Origin: Minisyncoccota bacterium
GTDB lineage: Bacteria; Patescibacteriota; Minisyncoccia; Phycocordibacterales; UBA2100
Length of the DNA: 64,000 nucleotides
Assembly (NCBI GenBank): GCA_965267345.1
Contig: OZ253947.1
Coordinates: 3,648 to 67,647, forward strand
Direction of reading: 5' to 3'
Below the pieces are notes generated by a model, which saw only the letters and a program-made list of their open reading frames with translations, did not search any database and was not told the DNA's origin. Made by a program: the position numbers and the translations under genes. Positions 9,551 through 16,696 of the stretch are shown here, piece by piece (within the stretch, counting starts at the first letter, position 1; every line of letters starts with the position of its first letter).

Positions 9551-11014
9551 CTAAGAAACGTGGTGCTTTTTGCGGAGCGCTTCAATTTCACGTGCTTCTG
9601 CTTCACTCTGGCGCTCCTTGCCCTTCGTGCCAAGCACGCGGAGCTCGTCGTCGCTGAGTGCGGCAAGGCTGTTGGCGCGCTCGTGCAGGTGTGCGGCAGT
9701 GTTGCGCGTTGGGTCATCGAGCACCTCTTCAAGGAGTGCGTGCAGTATCCAGCCAATACGCGGGCTGGGCTTCTCCCCCACATGTTTCATGATGAAAGCC
9801 CCGTCGATGTTGAGCATGCCTACTGAAATAGGATCGCGCAGAGCCTCGTCAACCATCGACTTGTATTTGCGAAATCGAAACGGCTGTTCCTTCGGTCGTC
9901 CGGTGCCGATACGGTCGCACGTACGCAGCTCAAGCAGTTCCTGTATGTGCTCTTCGCCGACGTTGCGAATCATGCGGCGGACTGCACTGAGCGTAATCTG
10001 GTCAGGATCAGAGAAAAACATGTGCCAGCGCACCAATTTTTGCACAATGTGTGTGGTGTCTTTTGAAAAACGAAGACGCGCAAGAATGTCTTTTGCCATG
10101 CGCGCACCGAGCACTTCGTGGCCATGGAATGTGTAGTCGCGTTTTGTCTCATCAAAGCGGCGGGTACGCGGTTTGCCCACGTCGTGCAGGAGTGCTGCCA
10201 AACGCACGTGGAATGAGTAGTCTTTGTCGGCGCCGTGCTGCAGCGCGCGCAGGGAGTGCTCGAAAACATCGTACGAGTGTGCTTGGTTTTGGTCGCACCC
10301 TATCCCCTCCTCGAGTTCAGGAATAATGTACTGCAGGAGGTGCAGCCGCTGCGCAATAAAGAGTGCCTGCATCGGTGTTGGTGAGTTGATGATGCGAATC
10401 AGTTCGTCACGGATACGTTCATGGGAGACTTTTTGCAGGAGCTCGGCATGCTCGGCAATGGCCATGGCTGTTTCCGATTCAATGGTGAAGTTAAGCTCGG
10501 CTGAGAGTCGAATGGCGCGCATCATGCGCAGGGCGTCTTCGCTGAAGCGCTGCGTCGCATCACCGACGGTGAGAATGCGCTTGGTACGGATGGCTTCTTG
10601 TCCATCGTACGGATCGATGATTTCACCGCGCGACACGCTGTAGGCGATGGCATTCATGGTGAAGTCGCGTCGCTGCAAGTCTTCCTCTAAGTTGTCGCTG
10701 AATGCAACGGCGTCGGGGTGGCGCGCATTGCTGTACGTTGATTCAAGACGGAACGGTGTTACTTCAATCACCTGCTCGCGCGGATCGTCTGATTCGGTTT
10801 TGACACCAACGGTACCGAAATCGTTTTCATAGAATGAATCGGGAAAGATGCGTTGGATGTCTTCAGGGGTTGCGTTGGTGGTGACGTCCCAGTCTTTTGG
10901 CGCTTTCCCGCGAAGCAAATCGCGGACGCATCCCCCGACGAGGTATGCTTCAAATCCCGCACGTTCAAGTGCGTCAGGTACCGCGCGTACTGCATCCGGA
11001 ATGGAGTAGGTCAT
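9551..11014 (-). CDS. cca: CCA-adding enzyme / tRNA nucleotidyltransferase with HD domain
   Basis: N-terminal PolB-type nucleotidyltransferase motif AYLVGGCVRDLLRGKAPKDWDVTT, plus an HD-domain region (HDVGK). Start placed at Met 11014 (MTYSIPDAV). Confidence 0.8.
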   Translation of the reverse strand: MTYSIPDAVRAVPDALERAGFEAYLVGGCVRDLLRGKAPKDWDVTTNATPEDIQRIFPDSFYENDFGTVGVKTESDDPREQVIEVTPFRLESTYSNARHPDAVAFSDNLEEDLQRRDFTMNAIAYSVSRGEIIDPYDGQEAIRTKRILTVGDATQRFSEDALRMMRAIRLSAELNFTIESETAMAIAEHAELLQKVSHERIRDELIRIINSPTPMQALFIAQRLHLLQYIIPELEEGIGCDQNQAHSYDVFEHSLRALQHGADKDYSFHVRLAALLHDVGKPRTRRFDETKRDYTFHGHEVLGARMAKDILARLRFSKDTTHIVQKLVRWHMFFSDPDQITLSAVRRMIRNVGEEHIQELLELRTCDRIGTGRPKEQPFRFRKYKSMVDEALRDPISVGMLNIDGAFIMKHVGEKPSPRIGWILHALLEEVLDDPTRNTAAHLHERANSLAALSDDELRVLGTKGKERQSEAEAREIEALRKKHHVS

Positions 11015-11075
11015 ACCGGTAATTGTAGTATATCCATTGCTATTGGGCGAATATCTCGTATCATGCTCAGGCACA

Positions 11076-11142
11076 GGCACCCGTGGTGAAATGGACCCCA
11101 GTATCACAACCACGCTTCGCATGTGGTTGGATACGGGGCACG
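11076..11142 (+). pseudogene. degenerate partial copy of tRNA-Arg (5' half, no T-arm)
   Basis: Repeats GCACCCGTGGTGAAATGGA from the downstream tRNA. It has an insertion in the D-loop, an anticodon-like loop CTTCGCA, and ends in TTGGATAC, the same 8-mer that follows the hairpin after the intact tRNA. Confidence 0.4.
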
Positions 11143-11165
11143 TATCACAACGAGAACAGAAAGAC

Positions 11166-11238
11166 GCACCCGTGGTGAAATGGATATCACAACGGTCTTC
11201 GGAACCGTCGTTGGGGGTTCGAGTCCCTCCGGGTGCAC
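11166..11238 (+). tRNA. tRNA-Arg (anticodon TCG), CCA not encoded
   Basis: Manual cloverleaf: acceptor GCACCCG/CGGGTGC, D-stem GTGA/TCAC, anticodon stem ACGGT/ACCGT with loop CTTCGGA, T-arm GGGGG-TTCGAGT-CCCTC, discriminator A. Confidence 0.75.
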
Positions 11239-11240
11239 AA

Positions 11241-11280
11241 ACGACAAGAGGCTGGATTTATTCCAGTCTCTTGTCGTTTG
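11241..11280. terminator. long hairpin AACGACAAGAG-(ctggatttattccag)-CTCTTGTCGTT after tRNA-Arg
   Basis: Perfect 11-12 bp stem with an internal mini-hairpin, followed by TTGG. Likely a bidirectional terminator. Confidence 0.45.
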
Positions 11281-11282
11281 GA

Positions 11283-11357
11283 TACATAGCGGAAAGTGGA
11301 ACTTTCGGGATTCGAACCGCCGGAGCGATGTTGGAGCGCTAGCGACAACCGTGTCCC
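11283..11357 (-). other. tRNA-like remnant or unusual structured element
   Basis: Plus strand carries GGGATTCGAACC, the complement of a T-loop (GGTTCGAATCCC). No canonical cloverleaf could be folded by hand. It is bracketed by two perfect hairpins (11241-11280 and 11361-11395, CTCTTGAATTAAC/GTTAATTCAAGAG). Confidence 0.25.
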
Positions 11358-11438
11358 CTACCTCTTGAATTAACGCTAGAGTTAATTCAAGAGTTCATTG
11401 CTTCGCCATACAAATTTTGTATAATCACGTGCACCACT

Positions 11439-11509
11439 GCGGGTATAGTTTAGTGGTATGACGGCGCCTTGCCATGGCGCAGACGGGAGTTCGATTCTCC
11501 CTACCCGCA
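11439..11509 (+). tRNA. tRNA-Gly (anticodon GCC), CCA not encoded
   Basis: Acceptor GCGGGTA/TACCCGC, anticodon stem GCGCC/GGCGC with loop TTGCCAT, T-arm GGGAG-TTCGATT-CTCCC, discriminator A. Confidence 0.85.
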
Positions 11510-11516
11510 CCGATCT

Positions 11517-11552
11517 GAAAAAACAGCATGAGGTACGTCATGCTGTTTTTTC
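11517..11552 (+). terminator. rho-independent terminator after tRNA-Gly
   Basis: AACAGCATGA-ggtacg-TCATGCTGTT followed by TTTTTT. Confidence 0.7.
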
Positions 11553-11600
11553 ATGCAATTTTTGCTAGACTCACCGCGGGAGAAAACAAAGGAGGTTTTC

Positions 11601-11945
11601 ATGCCCGAAACACAAAAACAGAGACGTGGCGACTGGCTTTGCGTGCAAGCGGCGCACTCGGAACGATGGTTTTGGCACGCGCTGACGCAGGCACAGCTTG
11701 CGCGGCGTGATGATGATGGCACCATATCCGCGTCGGCTGGACTCAAAAGATTTCGCATGAAGCGGACTCGTATGGATCCAAAGGGTGATGTGTACGAAGC
11801 GTCTGACCTCAACGGCTACTTCACCGAAGACCGCCTCAGAGGCATCTCTGGTGATCCACATGAGGAGTTCACGTTTACGCTCATGACACCGGAAGAGTAC
11901 GAGGAGCTGCTGGCACCAAAGCAAGATCGCGTTCTGACGCGCTAA
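11601..11945 (+). CDS. hypothetical protein (114 aa)
   Basis: Strong SD AAAGGAGG 7 nt upstream of ATG 11601 (MPETQKQRRGDW...). No recognisable motifs. Followed by a terminator. Confidence 0.5.
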   Translation: MPETQKQRRGDWLCVQAAHSERWFWHALTQAQLARRDDDGTISASAGLKRFRMKRTRMDPKGDVYEASDLNGYFTEDRLRGISGDPHEEFTFTLMTPEEYEELLAPKQDRVLTR

Positions 11946-11965
11946 AAACCACACTGCTCTGTGAA

Positions 11966-11997
11966 CACCGCCCCACTACGGGGCGGTGTTTTCTTTG
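11966..11997 (+). terminator. rho-independent terminator
   Basis: CACCGCCCC-acta-CGGGGCGGTG followed by TTTTCTTTG. Confidence 0.65.
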
Positions 11998-12033
11998 TAA
12001 AAGACACAAACTGTGAATAAATCTGTTAACAGC

Positions 12034-12086
12034 GGGGATAACGGACATACATTTTATGTCCGTTATCCCCATAAATGTCCTTTATC
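12034..12086. repeat. palindromic element GGGGATAACGGACATA-cattt-TATGTCCGTTATCCCC plus an adjacent ATAAATGTCCTTTATC
   Basis: Perfect 16-bp arms. Same ATGTCC(G/T)TTA family as 8441-8525 and 13478-13531. Confidence 0.6.
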
Positions 12087-12121
12087 AACAGAGTTATACC
12101 CAGTTTTCCACTTTTACCCCA

Positions 12122-12236
12122 GAAAACGTTTCATAAGAAACGTTTTCACGTGAAAAGTGTTTATATACGGTAGATGCGACGGCATATATGTTTTCACGTG
12201 AAAACATATGCGGTGAGAAGGCTTTTCACGTGAAAA
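12122..12236. promoter_or_regulatory. array of three TTTTCACGTGAAAA palindromes (one extended to a 24-bp perfect palindrome ATATGTTTTCACGTGAAAACATAT) plus a GAAAACGTTTC-ataa-GAAACGTTTTC palindrome, immediately 3' of the K+ channel gene
   Basis: Exact copies at 12143-12156, 12191-12204 and 12223-12236. Candidate operator sites for a dimeric DNA-binding protein. Confidence 0.5.
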
Positions 12237-13025
12237 CTAAAAGAGGTCGGCGTGGTGCTTTACTTTTACCGTTGTGCCGCAGTGTTTGCAGTGAATTGCA
12301 TCAATGTCATGTGTACTTAATCCACACGTGTCACAAGTGTAATAGAGCTTATTACCACGAAAAATCACTCTAGTGAGATGCAAAAACAGGGTAATACCAA
12401 TAAGCATAGCCACGACAGAGAGTATTTTTCCGTAGGGTCCAATGGCGGTGATATCGCCGTATCCGGTTGTGGTGAGTGTTGCGACGGTGAAGTAGAGGGC
12501 GTCAATATAGGTATTAATGGCAGGGTTTGCCTGTGCTTCAGCGACAAAGACGATGGCCGTCATAATGGCGAGGAATACAAAAAAGTTCAGTACGCTGGTG
12601 ATCATTGCTTGGTAGCGGGCAAAAAATGAGTGTTCATCGCGAGCAAGGCGTACGAGATAGTATGTTCGCAGTATTTTGAGTGATCGCAGTACACGCAGCA
12701 GTGCGAGGTTTCCCGTGAAAAGCGGGGCGTAGAGTGAAAGAATCGCCACAATGTCGATCAGGCTGTACACGTTGAAAATAAATGCGGATTTACGGGGTGC
12801 AATCCACAAACGAGCGAGGTATTCAAGGGTGAAAAGCACACCAAATGTTATCTCAAGTGCGTGCACCGTGGGGTTGCTCGGATAAAGCGCCTCCAAGCCA
12901 AATAGCGCAAATATTAGGAGGTTGAGCAGAATCAGGGCGCGGTTGAAAAGAATGCTTTCACGGGTTCGCTTGTGGAACAGCTCTTGCAAGCGCTTCTTTG
13001 CCCGCGACATGGAGAGTATCGACAT
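12237..13025 (-). CDS. voltage-gated K+ channel (6TM-like, S4 sensor) with C-terminal zinc-ribbon
   Basis: Selectivity filter TVATLTTTGYGD; S4-like LRVLRSLKILRTYYLVRLAR; C-terminal CDTC...CKHC zinc-ribbon. Confidence 0.85.
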   Translation of the reverse strand: MSILSMSRAKKRLQELFHKRTRESILFNRALILLNLLIFALFGLEALYPSNPTVHALEITFGVLFTLEYLARLWIAPRKSAFIFNVYSLIDIVAILSLYAPLFTGNLALLRVLRSLKILRTYYLVRLARDEHSFFARYQAMITSVLNFFVFLAIMTAIVFVAEAQANPAINTYIDALYFTVATLTTTGYGDITAIGPYGKILSVVAMLIGITLFLHLTRVIFRGNKLYYTCDTCGLSTHDIDAIHCKHCGTTVKVKHHADLF

Positions 13026-13039
13026 GGCACTATGCTACC

Positions 13040-13104
13040 ATGTTTTCATATGAAAACGTTTCTTGTACCCATTGACTGCGCACTATGTTTTCACGTGAAA
13101 ACAT
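13040..13104. promoter_or_regulatory. two further palindromes (ATGTTTTCATATGAAAACGT and ATGTTTTCACGTGAAAACAT) in the 84-bp divergent region between the K+ channel gene and yraN
   Basis: Same motif family as 12122-12236. Located where the promoters of both divergent genes must lie. Confidence 0.5.
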
Positions 13105-13109
13105 ATGTG

Positions 13110-13490
13110 ATGAAGCACACTGATGTCGGACATATCGGAGAGTGCGTAGCGGCGCGCTTTTTGCGTCGGAAAGGGTTTGTGATGCATGCGAAAAACTACA
13201 CGCGACCGTGGGGTGAAATCGATATCATCGCAGAAAAAGGCGGTATGTTACGCTTTGTTGAAGTAAAAACCGTTGCACGTGAGGCAAACGTTTTACGTGA
13301 AACAGAAAATGAAGGATTTAATCCGCTTGAAAACGTGCATGAAGGAAAGCTAAAACGTCTTAACAGAGCTGCAGAAAGCTATATTGCCGAAAATGCTATC
13401 GATGCAGCGTGGTGTATCGATGCGGTTACGGTTGAACTGTTTGTAAAGGACAAAACAGCTCGGTGTGAATTATTTGAAAATGTCCGTTAG
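13110..13490 (+). CDS. yraN: YraN/UPF0102-family endonuclease-like protein
   Basis: GHIGECVAARFLRRKGFVMHAKNYTRPWGEIDIIAEKGGMLRFVEVKT matches the UPF0102 PD-(D/E)xK core. Start moved to Met 13110 (MKHTDVGHIGE). Confidence 0.7.
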   Translation: MKHTDVGHIGECVAARFLRRKGFVMHAKNYTRPWGEIDIIAEKGGMLRFVEVKTVAREANVLRETENEGFNPLENVHEGKLKRLNRAAESYIAENAIDAAWCIDAVTVELFVKDKTARCELFENVR

Positions 13491-13531
13491 AAATGTCCGA
13501 TAGAATTCTATCGGACATTTCTAACGGACAA
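13478..13531. repeat. perfect ~52-bp palindrome AATGTCCGTTAGAAATGTCCGATAGAATTCTATCGGACATTTCTAACGGACATT centred on GAATTC
   Basis: Same ATGTCCG(T/A)TA units as the other two loci. It overlaps the yraN stop codon. Confidence 0.6.
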
Positions 13532-13575
13532 CAACCTCTCTGGTATCCACTTTCGATATGTCTGCATGTGTGCAG

Positions 13576-13668
13576 GTGTCTCGATTAATCGAGACACATG
13601 CGCAGAAGTACCAACAGTGTTGTGTGTGGTACCGATGAGCGAATTGTTTCGATTAATCGAAACAATTA
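13576..13668. repeat. pair of perfect palindromes GTGTCTCGATTAATCGAGACAC (13576-13597) and AATTGTTTCGATTAATCGAAACAATT (13643-13668)
   Basis: Core TCGATTAATCGA. The same GAGAC-type plus GAAAC-type pair recurs at 16904-16980 and 33192-33277. Confidence 0.6.
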
Positions 13669-13701
13669 AGTGCGCGTTTTTCGCACACACTTTTGCTTTC
13701 T

Positions 13702-13718
13702 GGTCGGGGTGCCGAGAA
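13702..13718 (-). repeat. partial duplicate of tRNA-Pro 3' end (GGTCGGGGTGCCGAGAA)
   Basis: 17-nt identity with 13816-13832 (the 3' end of tRNA-Pro), 85 bp downstream of the tRNA. att-like direct repeat. Confidence 0.45.
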
Positions 13719-13814
13719 CCTGTCTGCCGGCAGAGGCAGGTCAAAACCGCTCTCTCGTGCATGGCGCACATTGTCACTGATGACGAGTTGTCGCGCAATT
13801 CACCAACCTTGTAG

Positions 13815-13885
13815 TCGGGGTGCCGAGAATCGAACTCGGGCCGCTCGGTCCCAAACCGAGTACACTACCACTATGCTACACCCCG
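13815..13885 (-). tRNA. tRNA-Pro (anticodon TGG), CCA not encoded
   Basis: Reverse strand: CGGGGTG...CTCGG-TTTGGGA-CCGAG...CCGAG-TTCGATT-CTCGG-CACCCCG-A. Confidence 0.85.
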
Positions 13886-13984
13886 TTACGTATTTGTTTT
13901 TTGAGCCATGCTCGCCCTGTCCTAGGTTGTGCGCGCCAGTGTAGCACACGGGCGCTGTTTTTCCAGAGCCACCAGACCGTGTGG

Positions 13985-15346
13985 ATGCATGTTGTGCGCT
14001 ACAATTGGGACATGATTGAGCGTATGCCGTCTGCTGAACTGGCGACACCGCTTTCAGACTTTGCGAAAGACAAAGTGGTCATACACGCCGTGCGCGAAGC
14101 GTACCCGCATCTGACGGGGAAGGTGCGGGGTATTGATCAGTACAGCACCCGCGCGCTCGTACTGCCCGCACATGCGGTGTATTTGCCGAGTGAACGAAAG
14201 GATATCAGCGATGCTCTGCACGCATACTACAAAGATTTGGGGTTTGTAACGCCGGAGCGGCGCTACGTACCACGCGGTGTCGACTTCTTGGAAGGGGCAC
14301 TCACTGATGTGCAGGGGCGGGAATCGAACTGTCCACTATGGCTCTTTGGCCAATCTCCCGCCACGCAGGAGGTGCTGGGCGGTACACCACGGCAGAACTA
14401 CGCGTTTAAAACCGAGCACCACATTCCCACACACAACGCGGCGCGCTGGGCAAATGACAAGGGGCTGTTACGCGCGCTCCTTGATCGCCATGGTGTGCGT
14501 CAGCTGCAGGTTCCGGTAGACATGCAGGTTGCAAATACCGTACCCGAGAATGAGGCGAACGTACAGAAACTCCTTGCGCGGCGCGGACGGGTCATGGTGA
14601 AGCGTGTCGACTCAGCTTCGGGTGATGCGCTGCGCTCATGTGCCACGATAGCGGAGGTGCATGCGTTTGTTGCCGAACATAAACGCGATCGCAATACACC
14701 ACACTTTATTGTCGAAGAAGATCTACGCGACATTGCAACAGGGGAGCGCAGCGCACAATTTCTTATCGAAATGAAGGAAAACGGAACGCCGCATGTGTCA
14801 TTTGTTGGAGTCACAGAACAAATCGTGCAAGACAAGGCGCATATGGGAAATGTCATTGATGCGGGTGCGGCGGCAACGAGCGGCCTTGAGGACGAGGTGC
14901 GCGCGACACTTGCACACATTGCGCAATACATGGGCACCACGCTGCACTACCATGGCTATGTAAGCTTTGATATCCTCGACACGACAGAAGGCCCAAAGGT
15001 GCTCGAGGCGAATGCGCGGGCAACCGGTGCGACGTATCCGTTTGCCATTTGCGAGCAACTCGCGCGCGCGGGTGAAGGGGAAAAGGCGGTCGTCGCACTC
15101 AACACGATCAGTGCGGGCGACGCAGTGCGGGAGCGGGTTACAACATTTCCGGAACTCAAAGCCATCCTCGGTGATGTGCTCTACACGCGCGGCAAAGACA
15201 GCGGTGTGATTCCCACGCTTGCCACGACGATACCCGAAAAAATCGGTCTTGCAGCTGTTGGCGATTCAGTTGAAAGCGCGAAAGTTGCGATGCGCACGGC
15301 GCTGGAGCGTCTGGACGCAGCCGCGATGGCATCGGTGCTCGACTAG
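13985..15346 (+). CDS. ATP-grasp family ligase-like protein with N-terminal domain of unknown function
   Basis: C-terminal GYVSFDILDTTEGPKVLEANARATGATYPF resembles the ATP-grasp Mg/ATP-binding E-x-N motif. Upstream Gly-rich and Lys region (VMVKRVDSASGDA). The ORF-track start at 13820 overlaps tRNA-Pro. Start uncertain; Met candidates at 13985, 14012 and 14024. Confidence 0.55.
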   Translation: MHVVRYNWDMIERMPSAELATPLSDFAKDKVVIHAVREAYPHLTGKVRGIDQYSTRALVLPAHAVYLPSERKDISDALHAYYKDLGFVTPERRYVPRGVDFLEGALTDVQGRESNCPLWLFGQSPATQEVLGGTPRQNYAFKTEHHIPTHNAARWANDKGLLRALLDRHGVRQLQVPVDMQVANTVPENEANVQKLLARRGRVMVKRVDSASGDALRSCATIAEVHAFVAEHKRDRNTPHFIVEEDLRDIATGERSAQFLIEMKENGTPHVSFVGVTEQIVQDKAHMGNVIDAGAAATSGLEDEVRATLAHIAQYMGTTLHYHGYVSFDILDTTEGPKVLEANARATGATYPFAICEQLARAGEGEKAVVALNTISAGDAVRERVTTFPELKAILGDVLYTRGKDSGVIPTLATTIPEKIGLAAVGDSVESAKVAMRTALERLDAAAMASVLD

Positions 15347-16539
15347 TTGTCGTAGTACTCCAGCAACTGTGGTGCGGTGTTGGCGGTAAAGTCGTTGGCA
15401 CGCTCAGCAAAGCCGCCGGCAGACAAAAATGCCTGCAGCGTACCGCCGGTATGCACGCTGATACTGCGGTTGATGTGGGCAAGCGAGATCGCCCGCAAGT
15501 CGCGGTCGTCAGTTGTGGGTCCCATACTGCTCGTGGTGAGTATGCCCACTAACTTACCCCATGCATTCAGCGCACCGCCGCCTGAGGCGCCACCTTGTGC
15601 GACAATGGTGCCGCCAAACGAGAGCACGTCGATCGTTGAAGTTGCAAAGGTGTATACATTTTTTACTTGCCCGACGCTCGTCACCGGCCACAGGTTGCGC
15701 TGCAGTGTTGCACTATCGAGGAATCCCGACGGGTACGCGGCAAGGAGTACCTGCTGACCGGCCTGTGCGATACCTTCACGAGTATCGAGTGACACAAACG
15801 GGAATGTTTTCGGCAGCGGCTGTTCGGTTGCGCTTTCGGTAATGTAGAGCAGTGCCCAGTCGTGTTCGCCGGTGCCTACGGGGTATTCCTCACGGATGTC
15901 GCCGGCGTGTTCCTGTACCCACGCTTCGGGGAAGGCGAGTATTTGGGCATGATAGGCAGGTTGTGCGGGGATACCGGTGCGGATGGTGCAGCGTATGTCG
16001 GCGTTCGGATGCGACTGGAGCAATAGGTACTGCGCTACGTGTGCATTGGTGAGGATCACGCCGCGCGGATCAATAATGATGCCGCTGCCGGTTGCGCCGG
16101 AAAATGCCGACGCGCGTGTTGCGCCACAGAGAATGTTTACCACGGCCGGAAGTGTTGCCGTGTTGAGGGTGTCGAATGCTGTGGGCGGCACGTCATAGGG
16201 GGCGGGAATAGTGATGGTGACGTACCGTGGCTCATTAGCGGCTTCGGTAACTGTCGCGACGCGCTCCGGTGGTTCTGGTGTTTGTGCCTCCGCAGCAGGC
16301 TGTTTGATCTTTGTGGACGACGCTACGGTCTGCTCAGGTTTCTCTGGCGTTGGCACTTCCAGTGTGTATGGCAGTAGCGTCGAGTGCTGTGCCACTTGCG
16401 CAGTCTGTGCCTCCGATGGAATGTCACCGGTGTGCTCAAGAAATGCAGCAGCAGCTGCAAGTGCGCCAACACTGAGTATGAACACCATTGCGATTCTCCG
16501 ACGAGTGGTCAACTGAAACATGCGCGCATAGTACCCCAA
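15343..16539 (-). CDS. membrane-anchored trypsin-like (S1/chymotrypsin fold) serine protease
   Basis: N-terminal TM anchor, Pro/Thr/Glu linker, then TNAHV (His), ...GGASGGGALNAWGKLVGI (Ser in a GxSGG-type motif). Confidence 0.6.
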   Translation of the reverse strand: MGYYARMFQLTTRRRIAMVFILSVGALAAAAAFLEHTGDIPSEAQTAQVAQHSTLLPYTLEVPTPEKPEQTVASSTKIKQPAAEAQTPEPPERVATVTEAANEPRYVTITIPAPYDVPPTAFDTLNTATLPAVVNILCGATRASAFSGATGSGIIIDPRGVILTNAHVAQYLLLQSHPNADIRCTIRTGIPAQPAYHAQILAFPEAWVQEHAGDIREEYPVGTGEHDWALLYITESATEQPLPKTFPFVSLDTREGIAQAGQQVLLAAYPSGFLDSATLQRNLWPVTSVGQVKNVYTFATSTIDVLSFGGTIVAQGGASGGGALNAWGKLVGILTTSSMGPTTDDRDLRAISLAHINRSISVHTGGTLQAFLSAGGFAERANDFTANTAPQLLEYYDN

Positions 16540-16581
16540 AGTTGAGCTTGCGCGCTAGTCTGGTAGTATACTCGGACCACT

Positions 16582-16652
16582 GCGGGTGTAGTTAAGTGGT
16601 ATAACAACAGCCTTCCAAGCTGTGGTCGGGAGTTCGATTCTCCCCACCCGCA
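16582..16652 (+). tRNA. tRNA-Gly (anticodon TCC), CCA not encoded
   Basis: GCGGGTG acceptor, anticodon stem ACAGC/GCTGT with loop CTTCCAA, T-arm GGGAG-TTCGATT-CTCCC, CACCCGC-A. Confidence 0.85.
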
Positions 16653-16696
16653 CAAAAGATAATGAGCTCGGAGCGTAGCTTCGGGCGATTTATCTT

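Noticed and set aside
12188-12373. 61-aa plus-strand ORF overlapping the 3' end of the K+ channel gene
   Set aside because: Begins inside the TTTTCACGTGAAAA operator array and overlaps a well-supported gene on the other strand; Cys/His-rich by chance.
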